Positions 1 to 13,737 of a stretch of 64,000 nt of DNA are shown piece by piece. The stretch is from assembly GCA_030770535.1 (NCBI GenBank), contig JASVEC010000011.1, positions 1,116,001-1,180,000 on the forward strand, read 5' to 3'. Under the pieces are notes generated by a model. That model did not search any database, was not told where the DNA came from, and saw nothing but the letters and a program-made list of their open reading frames with translations. The DNA is from Batkoa obscura (lineage: Eukaryota). Numbering within the stretch: position 1 is the first letter of the stretch; each line of letters starts with the position of its first letter. The position numbers were made by a program, and so were the translations under genes.

Positions 1-868
1 TAGATAATCTTAATAATTTTTCTTTTACTTTAATATTTTTTAAACTATTATTATTATTATTATTATTATTATTATCTTGTTGATAAATTATTAAATTACA
101 ATATTGTTGAATTAAATGAATTAATTTAATTAATATTAAACTAATATTTTTAATTTTAGATTCTGGTAATAAACAATAATTAATCATTGAAATTAATAAC
201 ATTTCATGCTGTTGATTCATTTGATATAAATTTAGTTTATTGTTTAATAATATTTGTTGAATACTATTCCATTTCGACATAATAATTTCATAATAACAAA
301 ACGATTGATAATGAATTAAAAACTGTACCATTTTAAATAAAGTTAAATGCTGAGTTGAATTAAATTCATTATTTTTTAAATTATATTTATTATTTATTAA
401 TATTAAGTTGATTTGATTTTCAATTCGTTTTAGTTTGATTAAATAATTAAATATTTTTTGATATAATTTATCAATTTTGTTATTCATTAAAATACTTTGT
501 ATTGAATTATTATTATTATTATGTTCTTCTTTATTATTATTATTTTCATTAAGGTGATATTGATATTCAATTATTAATTTATCCCACCACCAATTATTAT
601 TACTCGTATTATTGTTACTATTATTATTATTTACTTCACTATTTGTATTTGTATTATTATTACTATTATTATTCTTAATATATATATTATTATTGTTTAT
701 ATTTAATTCTTCATTAATACCTTCATAGTAATTCCAATTATTAATAAATTTAATCTTTAATTTCCCAATTAAATAATTTAAATTCGAATCTCTTAATGTT
801 GTATCTAATTTCGTGTTTAAACTATTAATTAAATAGGTTTGATTCATGTTATTATTATAATAACTAAA

Positions 869-903
<35 letters not shown>

Positions 904-2743
904 AAATTGAATTAATTAAGTTTTTAATAAAATCTCCATTACCTAATAAATATAATTGATAATAATTAATAATTTCAGTTTCAATCTTTATCTTATTTTT
1001 TAAAAAATAATTAATTTCATTATTAATTAATTCTTCAATTATTATTAATTGTTGAATATTAATTACTTCTTCTAAATTATTACTCTTTAATATTCCATTT
1101 AACATTTCATTAAATCCTTCTCTTTCTTTATTTTTAATTAATTTTCGACTCTTTCCAATTATTAATATTTTTTCTGCTAATTCGATTGTTAAATAATTAG
1201 GGATTTCTATTTCTTTAATTAAATATTCCTTTTGTTGATGATCATAATAAATAAAATATTCATTATATGGATCATTATTAATTGTACCATATTTAATCCA
1301 TTCAACTATCATTTTATTATATGGTATAATACACTAAATATGAGATAAGTTATATTATATTAAATAATATTATATTATATTGTATTACCTTATAAATAAT
1401 TCTATTAATTAATGTTGTTAGTTGCAAATCCCCATGTTTAATAAATTGAAATAAAAAAGACAATATTTGATATGATTTTTTATATTGAATATTAATTAAT
1501 AAATTAAATAAAATATTTAATTTAATATTTACATCATTGAAAAATAATATCATTTGATTTAAACTAATCTTTTTTCCATTAACTAGCTCATTTTCAATAT
1601 TAGCAATGATACCATAATATTCTTTTAATTCATTATTAATAAATGAATATATACTTTGTAAGATTAACCCTTGATTCATATCATTATTCATATTACTATT
1701 ATTAATTATATTATATATAATTTTAAACTGATTTCCAATATCTATTAAATATTGAACTTTACTTTTACTATTTCTACTTAAGTTAATGTCATTATTAATT
1801 ATGTATATTTTTAAATTATGATCATATTGAATATATTTTCCATCAATACCTTGTAGTACATAGATTAAATCTTTAATTACTTCAACTTCATTGACGATTT
1901 CTAAAATAAAAATATATTAGTATTTTTTTTTAATAAAACAATATATTTTATTATTTGAATTATTTGAGTTATTTCTATTATTTCTATTATTTCTATTATT
2001 TCTATTATTTTTTTAAATTTTATGCCAACCTTTATTACTTTCTTTACCTCTTTTTAGAGGGCGAACTAATCCATTATCATTCTTCAAACTAATGTTTTGT
2101 CTTTTATTGGTGTTCATTTCACTCAATATTAAATTTTCATTAAATCTAGGCATTTCTTCAATCCTTGGAATTTCATTAATTACAACTGAATCCTCCTAAA
2201 AAAAACTATTCTATAACTAAACAATAATTAAATTTAAAAAAACTTACCATTTCCACTTTATTAAAAAAGAAACTTTGTTCATTATTATTATTATTATTTA
2301 GTTGAAAAGATAAAGAATAAAATAAATAAACAATGGACCAGCAATTCTTTATATCTTTTTTAGTTTCTATATTGGTTATAAGATTATTAATTTTTATCAC
2401 TTTTTTCATTGAAACTTCTTTTTTTATTAATTGTTTTTTAATTTGTTCTTTTAAATAGATTAAATTCTTTTTAATACTAGGTTGAAAACCACTATATAAA
2501 TTAAAGGTTAATTAAATTATTATTTTAAATTTTAATGTATATAAATTACCAATTTAATATCTCTTTGAAATACTGAATTTTTTTCAATACTTTAATTTGA
2601 TTGATTTCTAAATAGAATCCTTAATTAAATGTGATCATTAGAAATAAACAATAATTACCATCCAACCTATCGTTATTTTTTCTTCTTTCGTTTAATAGTA
2701 TTAAATTAAAAAATTCTTTATCTGGACTATTAACAATATCCAT
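1..2743 (-). CDS. SPC98: gamma-tubulin complex component GCP3 (Spc98/Alp6-like), multi-exon, 3' end runs off the window
   Basis: Spliced minus-strand frame from ATG at 2743 (MDIVNSPDKEFF...). Contains KDLIYVLQGIDGKYIQY, DPYNEYFI, YLLGNGDFIKNLI and NLDTTLRDSN, resembling GCP3 GRIP-domain motifs. ORFs 1350-1691 and 2206-2409 are exons. Several poly-Asn tracts. Confidence 0.78.
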
Positions 2744-4130
2744 TTTAATATTCGATTTATTTGATAGAAAGGTGTTCAATTTCAACGACTCAACTTATTT
2801 TTTTTGCAATAAAATTAAAACTTCATGTGCGAAATTTGAAATGGATATGCAAAATTTCCAACTTATAGCATTGTATAAACTTATGCAACTTTCAGTGACG
2901 TTTTAGTAAATTAGATTTCTTTGTATCCAAATATGATCTATAATAAAAGTCTTTATTATTTAACAAATATTATTATATAATATATATTATCAATAAAATT
3001 CAAACTATCAATTTGGATTTTCATACTCATTTTTTATCTAATTCCTTATTGCTTATTTGATATTTGGTCTTATTTTTTTAAACAATGAAATAAATAGAAA
3101 TTTCAATATGATAAAAAATATCTTAAAGATAAGAAATATTAGTTGTCAACCTATTAATACAAGTTAGATTCTGTGAAAAAATATATCACATAATCATTTT
3201 CATATTGACCCTTTACTTTAAATACGTTATTACTTTCAAATACAATAGTGATATAAATTATTAATATAACTATTATTATTATATTAATAATTCATTACAC
3301 CTTATACTATAATAATGACATAAATACCATTATTATAATTAAATTGAATAGTATAAATACGTTAAAGAATTACTATTAAATAAAGTACTTTGTTATGTAT
3401 AAACTTTTTGATTGTAATTTATATTTACATTTATATTTGAGTAGAATATTAAACTCAAGTTCTTTATTAAAAAAATGAAGTAAAGAAGACTAAAAAATGA
3501 TATTGAAATGACCCAATCTGGAACAGAATCTTAAATATCACATCAATTTAAGTCTATTGTCATCTCTCATTCCTTCCTTTCATATCTTTTCTTCCTTTAT
3601 TTCCTTCTTCCTACTTAAACCAATCTTTCATCCCACACTTGTCTTATCTATCCCTTCAATTTCTAATTCTTACCTCATTCTTCAATGTTATTTCATAGTA
3701 AAATCTTATCAATAATATTCAGCATTATTTGAGCATTTTGACAAAAAATGTAGTCACATTGAGTTTGAAAATTCAATCTCATCCAATGAAATTAGAAATC
3801 CACTGAAACTAAAGTATCAAATAAACTTGCTTGATTGGATAATTAGACCACTTTAAGATAATTTTGATCATGTGCTTAGAGTGGATACAACCAATAAAAT
3901 GGTAATCAGGTATTAATTTAGTGAAGTTTCAATCAAAATTGATGATAATAAAAGCATAAAATAGGATAATTATTGGGAATCAGGTGATTAAATAATAGAG
4001 AGTATAAAAATAACAGAAATTAACCATTTTAAAGTTTTAACGTTTATTTTTCTTTATTCTTTTTAATTTTTTAATTTTAACCTAAAAGATCTTAACTCTT
4101 TTTCTCTCGAAACTAACACTTCTATCAATA

Positions 4131-5177
4131 ATGTCCAAACATTTGTCAACAATTAAATCCAGTTTATTAAACTCTGCAAAAGTTAAGAGTAACAAATTTA
4201 ATATTAACTCTAATGCTACTATGGCACAAGTGGTGGATCATTCACCATTAAGAATGTTATTGATTGGGGCACCGGTAAGTTTATTAATTAAGATAATATA
4301 ATGATATTAATAGTTCAACTATTTTAGGGTTCTGGTAAAGGTACTCAATCCACACGAATTCATCAAGAATTTGGACTAAAAACCATCTCTTCGGGCGATG
4401 TTTTAAGGAAGCATGTTAATGAGGGAACTCATTATGGTAAATTAGCAAAAGATATTATATCTCAAGGAGGTAAATTTTTGTATTATGATGATATGATAAT
4501 AAGTGTTAATTATAATTTATTAGCTTTAGTACCTGATGATATTATGATCTCTATACTTAAATCAGAGTTAACACAATTGATTGACCAGGTAAGTAATTAT
4601 TTAGTAATAATGGATATTAATAAGATATTAATATTATTATTTCTTTAAATAGAGCTGGTTATTAGATGGATTTCCAAGGAATGTGTCTCAAGCCCAAGCT
4701 TTAGATGGACAATTATCGAATGATAATACTGAAGTTAATTTAGTAGTTCATTTAGATGTGCCTGAAGAAATTATATTAAATAGGATTATAGGTAATATTA
4801 TTAATAATATAAAATTATTTATTTATTTATTTATAATAGATCGTTGGATTCATGTACCTTCTGGTAGAGTATATAATTTAAGTTATAATCCACCCAAAGT
4901 AGCTGGTTATGATGATATTACAGGGGAAAAATTAGTTAAGAGAGAAGATGATAATCCAGTAAGTTCCTATTATTCAAACATGACAAAAATAATGAAACTA
5001 AATTCAATTTATTAGATAACCTTTAAAAAGAGATTAGATCAATTTAAACAAGTAACTAATCCTTTATTAGAATATTATGATAAAAGAAACGTATTATTAA
5101 GTTTTAAAGGAGAAACTTCAGATATTATTTATCCTCAAATTCAAAAAGTAGTGGGTAATCGTATGCTTACTCATTAA
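4131..5177 (+). CDS. adenylate kinase, probably mitochondrial GTP:AMP phosphotransferase (AK3/Adk2-like), 6 exons
   Basis: P-loop LLIGAP|GSGKGTQS split by an intron; ISSGDVLR, LVPDD, WLLDGFPR, RWIHVPSGRVYNLSYNPPK, REDD, F(K)GETSDIIYP. N-terminal extension resembles a presequence. Confidence 0.92.
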
Positions 5178-6149
5178 GCATTGAGTCTTTTGATTGTATA
5201 TTTTATGTTTATTCTTTATTCTGTCTTATTTCTTCTCCATTAAAATTCTCTTTTATTTTTTATATTTTCTGTCTTTTATACATTATGAGTATTTGGTTTT
5301 TTAATAAAAATTATATGCTTTTTAGTTGAGTTGATTAATATAAAGTTTCATAATTTAGGTTGTGTTTATTAAAGAATCGATTGAATATAAAAGAAATTAA
5401 ATCTAATGGGAATTAAGTATTATATAACTAATAGTAGATATTATATGCCTAAAGCATTAATCTTGAAAAAGAGATATTTCAGAGCCGTTAATCAAAACGT
5501 CCACTTTCTGAAATTAAATGTTATAATTAAACAAGATTCAATACAAGTTGAATGCATTTTAGAGGATGATATAAAAAAGATCAATAATAAAGCTATTACT
5601 AGCTTTCATGATGTACATATTAAATATGAATATAAAGTATAGATAATTAATGCATTTTATATTCATACAAAGTATATAAACGATCGGACCTCTTCTTCTG
5701 GATCTTTCTTTATTATAAGTTTTTTTATTTTCTGAAATAAACTATACTTTTAAACCTTATTGATTATCCTAACTTAATTAACTTAATCCAAAATATAGTA
5801 TTCATTGTACACTTTTTAGGAAGACTTTAAAACTTCACATTCCCTTTGCTCAAGCATTGGGCCTATCTTATCTTACCCCTATGTCAACTTATTAGTTGTT
5901 ACGTTACTAGACTTAAGGATTTTAGAGCCCTTGCGACTTACACATAATGTTCTATCAAGATGAAATGGTATTGTATATTATGAGTTTCAAATGAGATTAA
6001 GCAAAGTAGTCAGTATTTAAACGAAAGTTGGATAAATAGTGATAATGAAATATTTAGCTCGTTTAAGGTAATAATAGGCTTTATTTATTTCAATAAACAT
6101 AAATTTTAATACTTTATAAAACTAACATAAAGTGTAAATTAGAATAAAA

Positions 6150-7199
6150 TCAACAATAAGGAGGGATAGGGACTAATTGGTTAAATGGTAAAATATGAGG
6201 CCAGATAGATACCTTACTTTCCTGGCTAATACCACATTTTGGATCCTCATCAAATTTTTGATCGCAATAAACAAACTCTGATTTATTACCAGCATTATTA
6301 TGATAAATTTCCGGTACAGAATGTGTATAACCAAACCCCCTCGCAGGTGAATTAGAAATCAAATCCCTAGCTTTATTATATCTTCCCATTTTTATATTCA
6401 ATTCAGATAGATATTTTGAAAATTTTAAGTTACCCGGTCGTGGTGAAGCATAAACATATAATTGAATTGAGCGTGTGTCGTTTCTATCTTTCATAAATTG
6501 GACCCAATCTGGTGTTGCTATAGTAGCTACCCCTGCGCCTAAACTATAACCAGTGATATGTAATGTATAATTGTGATAGTTTGGGTTATCTAATAGTTTT
6601 CCCAATGCTTCTCGAACTTTGAAATAATTAGCTAAATAATGGGTATAAAAACCATAATGAACCCTAACACCAGGACTTGCAGTAGGCAAATCAATTAATG
6701 GAATTTCAAGATTAGTAATATAATTTTGATAGGATAAAGCAGGTTGATAAGAAATAATAATTAGTTTTGGTTTCTTTTCAACTGCTATTGTAACTAAAGA
6801 ATCTACTTGTTTATTTTTTATTAGTTGATATTCATGATATAAATGGGGACATATACAATTTAAAAATAAGATATTTTCAGTGGCACATACTGATATTAAA
6901 GATCGTTGTAAATTGGATTTCATTTCTTTTATGCTAGGTTGAATGATAGTTCTATTTTGGAATGCTTTTATAGGTGGGACTTTTTCAAACCAGTTATTAT
7001 AATCATGTATTAATGTAGGTGTCAATCGATTGAAGAAAAATTTAACTAACGTTTGTTTCAATTGAGAGCCTTGATTATATCCAATTTTCCTTTGAATATC
7101 ATTTAGAAATTTATAATTGTTTAAATTAAGCTTTGGATTATGACTTAAGATAGGAAATATAAATGTATTGAATATTAATAACTTTAAATAATAAATCAT
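6150..7199 (-). CDS. secreted class 3 lipase (alpha/beta hydrolase), intronless
   Basis: Hydrophobic N-terminus, VHYGFY, nucleophile elbow ITGYSLGAG, YASPRPGN, D-x-x-x-x-x-P...GYTH, C-terminal CDQKFDEDPKC...H, as in fungal Lipase_3 enzymes. Confidence 0.88.
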   Translation of the reverse strand: MIYYLKLLIFNTFIFPILSHNPKLNLNNYKFLNDIQRKIGYNQGSQLKQTLVKFFFNRLTPTLIHDYNNWFEKVPPIKAFQNRTIIQPSIKEMKSNLQRSLISVCATENILFLNCICPHLYHEYQLIKNKQVDSLVTIAVEKKPKLIIISYQPALSYQNYITNLEIPLIDLPTASPGVRVHYGFYTHYLANYFKVREALGKLLDNPNYHNYTLHITGYSLGAGVATIATPDWVQFMKDRNDTRSIQLYVYASPRPGNLKFSKYLSELNIKMGRYNKARDLISNSPARGFGYTHSVPEIYHNNAGNKSEFVYCDQKFDEDPKCGISQESKVSIWPHILPFNQLVPIPPYC

Positions 7200-8568
7200 A
7201 GTTTATAATAATTTTAAAAAAAGGTTCAAATAGTTGAAAGTTTTTATATCAACAAGTTAAATTATTGATCAACATTTAAATTTGTTTGAGATTACTAAAT
7301 TCAGGAACATATAGAGATTAAAGTTGAATAATAATTAATAGAATTGAAGCAGTAAGTTAATATAATAAATTATAAGTTATTTAAGAATGTTTTAATTATT
7401 TAACAGCGACAATTACTTTTAAACATTATATTTAATTATTATAAATTTAGTTATAATTGAAATTTATATAAGTATTTTTTTTACTAATTAAATCAGACTA
7501 ATAATTTTTTGAAATTTTAAGGGGAAGAAATGAACAAAATGTTAAAAAAACATTCCATAATCCTTATCAATTTACCCAGTAACAGTTTACCTGTCCATTA
7601 TACTAATTGAAATATATTTTTAATTATAACTACAATTCCATTAAAAAAAACTACAACAAAGTTCACTTCAACTTTATTTCATTCTCTCAACTTAATTTTT
7701 TTTAAAATTCAGTGCATTTGAATAAATGCTGTCATCATAACCCCCATTTCCAATTTGAAATTTAAAACCAAATAATAGTTTTAAGTTTTGTTAAAAGATA
7801 TTATTAGATTTAAAAGTTCTTAGGGTATTAATAAATTAACGAATGATATTTTTAATTTTTAATTTTTTAATTTAAAAATATAAACTTTATAAAGATTCAA
7901 AAACTTAAAACAATTGTTGTTATTATTCCCAGTTAACAATTAACAATAGTTTGATAATAAGAGAAAAGAGCATAAATAGATTATCATAAAAAATGAATTT
8001 TTTTTCATAAAATTTAGAATAAAAATAAAATCTTCCAGCATAACTTGTGCTTGAGATTAAAATAAGATTAAAATAAAGTTTGAAAGCTTATCTACGATTT
8101 ATTATTAATCCAAAAATGCAAAAGCATACAACATTATTTTTGTATGAAGATTCTTATAAAAAACAAGAAGCTGCTTCTAGTCCACTTCATGAAGGCAAAA
8201 TAAAGCTATAGAATCTAATAGTAACTAAGGAGTCAAAAATAAGGAAAATATGGAGAGAATTGGGAATAGTCAAGGGAATTTACTAATCAATCGTCATTAT
8301 AGGAAATAAATCGTTTTTTATTGGTCGTAGTATTAGAAACTGAAACTTGCGCCCAAAATTGAATAATTAAGAAAATGTAGCTTGTGCCTAAGAGTGAGTA
8401 AGGGTGGCGGGTAGGAAAAATTCCCTAATTTTCAAGTTTACTAAAGATCTCTCTTTTTTAATATTATTTTTAAATTTAATAAATATTGAAAATTTATTTT
8501 TAATAATAAAAAATAAAAATCAATTAATAGTATCCATTATATAAAAAGAGTATTAAGTTTCATCCACC

Positions 8569-11019
8569 ATGTCCTTATCTGGAGGCAAAAAGTTAAAGTC
8601 GATTTATTCAGTTAATGATTTGAGTAATCATTTTAAAAAGAATTCGAATAGTAATAGTGGTAATAATACGATTGATAATGGGCATTCAACAGGAGTATTA
8701 TATGGTAGTATGTCTTCTAAATTTCGGAATTTTTTTCGATTAAATCAAAAAAAGTCAGTGTCTAACTTTAATAAAAATGAGTCTTTAACTACAATAGTTC
8801 AATCCAATGATATGGATAAATTTAATAGTATTAAAATTACCACTACAGAAGAGGAAAATGGAGTGTATTTAAATGGTAATTCTACACAGCAGAATAAGGT
8901 CCCAAGGAGATGTAAATCGGATAATTTATTGATCAAAAATACGGATTTGTTTAAAGAGAGAAGTAATGTGAACCCAACTTCTTCCCCTACAGCAAGAACC
9001 TATTCGTCTAATTCTATTAAGGTTAAATCATTAAATGTTAAACCTAGTTCATTTAAAACTATTAAATTGTTGGGTAAAGGGGATGTGGGTAAAGTTTATT
9101 TAGTGAAACATAAACTTACAGATAAGTTGTATGCTTTGAAAGGTAATATTGAATATTGAATATGAAAGAATATTGATGGATAATTTATTTTTTAGTGTTA
9201 TCGAAGAAAGAAATGTTAAAAAGAAATAAAGTGAAAAGAGCATTGGCTGAACAAGTAATTCAAATATGATTAAAAGAGAATTAGGGAATTAATATTTAAT
9301 TTTAAAGGAAATTTTAGCTTCCGCTAATCATCCATTTATTGTTACATTATATCATTCTTTTCAAAGCGAAAATCATTTGTATTTATGTATGGAACATTGT
9401 CTTGGTGGTGAGTTCTTTAGAGGTAATTGAAATTGATCATTTGATATACAAGTGATAAATATTAATACACTTTTTTATTTAGTTTTACAATCAAGGCCTG
9501 GGAAATGTATCTCTGGTAAGTCGGATTAAGGAGTATGTATTATAAAGAGATATTAATATCTAAATTGTTATAGAGGATGAAGCTAAATTTTATGCAGCTG
9601 AAGTTACCTGTGGTAAGTTAGATTGATAACTCAAAATTTTGAATACAAATTAATCAAATGTTTTTAGCACTTGAATATTTGCATTTAATGGGCTTTATTT
9701 ATCGTGATTTAAAACCAGAAAGTAAAACAGAAGATTTAAAATGAGTTTAAGTTGATATTAAATATTTTGTTAGATATTTTATTACATCAATCTGGTCATA
9801 TTATGCTCACAGGTAGAATTTAGTTTGAAGAAACATCAAAATGAATGATATTAATATTAATTATAGATTTTGATTTATCAAAACAAACATTCCCTATCGG
9901 AGAACCTTCAGTGATAAAAAGTTCCTTTACATTTTCTGTATGTTTATAGGTTATATTGTCATTGAAGATAACTAACATATATTTATAGTTAAGGCATAAT
10001 GATCTCCCACCAGCATTAGATACCAAATCTTGTACAGGTCATTTTAGAACCAATTCATTTGTTGGTACTGAAGGTGAATTGAGTTATAATTACAATTATA
10101 TAATGACTAACTTTTGTAATAGAGTATATTGCACCTGAAGTTATTAAGGGTACTGGACATACGAGGTTAGTAGAATATTAAATTATTTAAAAGAATAAAA
10201 TGATTAAATGATTTTATTTAGTGCGGTTGATTGGTGGACATTAGGAATCTTATTATACGAAATGATTGTAAGGAGCTTTTTTTATGATAGAAAGTTAAAT
10301 TAATAATGATTTAAAAGTATGGTACAACCCCCTTTAAAGGACCTAATAGAAATGCTACATTTGCAAAAATACTTAAAAGTGACGTTTCTTTTCCAACAAC
10401 ACCTCAAGGAAAGAATGTAATTTATAAGTTTTAATTTTTATTTAATCTTTATTAATAGTTTTTTTAGTTAACTAGGTAGATATAGTTTTAAAAAAACGAA
10501 AGATTAACTATACTAATAAAATTTAACTTTAGTAATTGTAAATCGATTATTAAGAAATTATTATATAAAGATGAATATCGAAGGTTAGGAAGTAAAGCAG
10601 GAGCTTCAGATGTTAAAGTACATCCCTTCTTTAAATCATTAAACTTTGCTTTATTAAGAAATATGGTACCCCCCATAGTACCACCACAAACGATAACGGA
10701 ATTAGATCGAAGTCAAAATTCAAGTTCACCAAATCAAACAACAAAAAGAAATGGGGAAACAAATTCATTAGATATTGAAAAGGAAAAACTCATGTTGGAT
10801 CCATTAAATAGTAATCCATTTAGTAATTTTAATTCAGGTAAAATTTCATTATGTTATATGAGTTAAATATAGGAAGTTAATAGGTTTATTTTTTTAGTTA
10901 CGTTGACACATGAAGGAGATGAAAATGAAGTTGAAAGTGAAAATGAAGGTGAGGAGGAGGATGCACTTAGTATTGAAGATGATGATGATGATGATGAGTT
11001 TTTTGATGCGTTATCATAA
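8569..11019 (+). CDS. AGC Ser/Thr protein kinase of the Fpk1/Kin82/Nrc-2 (flippase kinase) group, ~15 exons
   Basis: [88 protein letters not shown] and PFSNFNSVTL assembled across 14 short GT-AG introns. DFD in place of DFG is typical of this group. Confidence 0.92.
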
Positions 11020-11429
11020 TTTTAAAAATTAATTTGGTTATTTTTTAAAAATTGAAAAGTTTTAATATCTCTCTTCTCTAGTTTTAATTTACTCTTATTC
11101 TCGTATCTCTATTATCACCTTCTCTCCTCCCATCTTATCTACTTTTTTTTTTCTTACTCTTGATTTGAGTCACTCACCACTCCTACTTCTATGCTCGGTT
11201 TATATTATTAATTTACTATTTTTTCATTAAATTTTTGAGTTTTTAAGATTTAAAATTGTTTTTTCATTAAAAGGATTAATATTTATAAGAGTATAAAGGA
11301 ACAATAATAATAAAAAGACCAAATTAGTAAATTATCTGTTGAGATATATGAATCTTCTATTTATGAAATGTATAAAAATAGCAATATATTAATTTATAAT
11401 AACAAACCAAAGCTAGGTTAAATACATTT

Positions 11430-11525
11430 GGGGATGTATTTTTGTGTTTAAAGATTTCATTGACAATTTTTCCACTCAAATAGCGCTTAAAAGATGGAAA
11501 AAGTGATGAAGCCAAAAACACCCCC
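11430..11525 (+). mobile_element. MITE family A
   Basis: GGGGATGT...AAATAGCGCTTAAAA...ACACCCCC; TSD ATTT/ATTT. Confidence 0.85.
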
Positions 11526-11830
11526 ATTTAATGTTTACTTTTAATGTTTTATAACATCAATTTTAACAGAGTCAGCGGGTTGATTAGTAAATAACTATTG
11601 AAGTTTTATTTTTAAAACTAGTTGCATTTAGATGCCTTTGTTTTATTTTAATTTGTCATCGATTTCTTATAATAAATATATGAATTAAAATGCCTACATA
11701 TGATTCAAAAATTCGACGTAAAAGAAATTAATAGCAAATTAAATAAAACCAGGGCATCTAAATCTAACCACCTCTATCCCTTTTAAAAGTGAAATTTAAC
11801 TTGAGTATTAACTCAAGTTTTGATTAATAT

Positions 11831-11928
11831 GGGGATTCCCTTTTTTGTTTAAGAAATTTACTACCATTTTTTCCACTCAATAGCGCTCAAAAAATGGAAA
11901 AAATAATGAAATCAAAAAAGCCACCCCC
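11831..11928 (+). mobile_element. MITE family A (diverged)
   Basis: ggggatt...tagcgctcaaaaaatggaaaa...ccaccccc. Confidence 0.75.
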
Positions 11929-12111
11929 TAAATACTAACTAATTAAGCATTATTTTATTAAAATATGAAAGCTGATTAACCGTTAATACTAAATGATCTG
12001 GTAATTCATAATTTCCAAGGATACTCTTAATAGGATCCAAAGTAAATTTTGCTTGATTTGAAACCCTCCTACTTTTATGCTTTGTTAACAGATTTAGCTT
12101 TTCTATCACCT

Positions 12112-12927
12112 TTAAATCATGAGCTTGACTTTGAATAACTCTAAGTGGTTATTATTTCTGAAATGTAAGATGTTAAAACAAAAGTAAACACCATATACCA
12201 TTTGATTTAAATAAGGTAGCTCATAGTTACCATGAAATTGGATTTTATCACCTTTGGGAGTAAGTTTAATAAATGATGTATTTTTAGTTACATTTAAGTA
12301 AATATCTTCCTCCAAAAAGCTTTCAATAACTCTATTAGAAATTTTGTATAACAATTATATTTCATGTTTAGCGAAAGGGATTGGTTTTGGGTACATTAAT
12401 ACTGAAGGATAATATAAACAAATAAAATTTGTTTGTTGCATAATATAAAGATAACAATGCAAATTAAACCCACAATCATGATCTAGATTATTGTCAAACT
12501 GATAACTTTGATCGAAGTTTAAGATGGATGTTAAATAAAAGTCGAAATCCTCTGGAACTAGTTTTAGTTCATTGACTGCTATTTTAGACCAATCCTTTTA
12601 GTTGTGTTTTAATTTGATTTTATGCATATGATTTACCATTTTTATATTAACTTCCGCTACATTCTCTATAACTGTACTTTTTGACCATTCGCTGACAAGT
12701 CTCCTTTTTACTAAGGATTCAAATTCAGATCTACTTACTTTTTTGAATTCTTTAATATATGACAATGGCTCTTGAACATTGAATCGAATCAATGGAAAGC
12801 TAGGTATAGTGGAGCAAAATGTAAGATAAGTTACATACAATGAATTCCGGGGTGTGGCTCCTTTTTTGAAATTACTAAAATTAACAAGTTAATTGTCACA
12901 ACTGTCATAATTTAACCATTCCGCCAT
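12112..12927 (-). pseudogene. disrupted ORF of unknown family
   Basis: One continuous frame from ATG (MAEWLNYDSCDN) broken only by TAA at 12889-91, 12598-600 and 12355-57, ending at TAA 12112-14. Joins two 80-aa ORFs in the track. Coding-like sequence continues frameshifted to ~11940. Confidence 0.55.
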
Positions 12928-13737
12928 TCTTACAGCAGAACTAAAATAAAGCTTAGATTTGACGTGGATAAAATGTTATGCTAGCATATGCTAGCAGTCC
13001 AAGTGCTACAATATCGCTATAAGTAAGTGAAGAATAAGCTAGTGGTAAGACCTGGTTTATTTTTTCCAAACAGTTACTATATAAATGTCTATAAAGGATC
13101 CCATTGCGAGAAAGTATAAATCTTGCCAACATTGCTAAATATGCACAAAATAATAAACTAGGCTTTTGTTTAGATCAGTATATTTATTCAAATTATCAAA
13201 CCATAATTTATAAGGGTCAATTAATTTGGTAAAAACCTCTCGTCCTCGCTCTAAAAACATAACATATTCCTCAACAAAATTTTTTAAAATCCGATTATTT
13301 ACAGTAACATTATGTTCATTTGAATTGTTAAAATTAGGTTAATCTAGTATAACCGATCTTGTTTTGTTCTCGTAAGCGATTATCTCTGACTCATATTCAA
13401 TTGAACTCATCTTTTTTGCATTTAATTTCAAAATATCATTAATTCATCTTAAGTATTCTAGAGATCTTAATTAGTATTACTTATTTAATATAAAATTACC
13501 ATTAGTTAATGCACTTAAATGCTTATTGCTTATCTCCGCTATATCTTTAATGTTATTTACTAATGTAAGAAGTTCTCCAAGTTTCGTTTTAATAACAGTT
13601 GTACGACTCCTTATCCTTTGGCCTTTATTTCCATATTTAACTTCCATTCTTTATAAAGTAGCTAAGCAGTTCTATTTAAAATCAACTTTCAATGTTGATA
13701 AATTTTTGAAACAAAAATTGAACGTCAACTTTTTTAG

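Noticed and set aside
3480..3990. Possible ncRNA or small gene in the GCP3/adenylate kinase divergent intergenic region
   Set aside because: Pyrimidine-rich tract present, but no convincing C/D, H/ACA or snRNA motifs and no consistent ORF.
5406..5642. 78-aa ORF between adenylate kinase and lipase
   Set aside because: No recognisable motif or splice partners; cannot be supported.
12112..12927. TAA reassignment (alternative genetic code)
   Set aside because: Conserved genes in the window (kinase, RPL38, adenylate kinase, UBP14) terminate at TAA and have no in-frame TAA.
12979..12996. Perfect 18-bp palindrome tgctagcatatgctagca
   Set aside because: Explained by tandem duplication of a self-complementary 10-mer; no other support.
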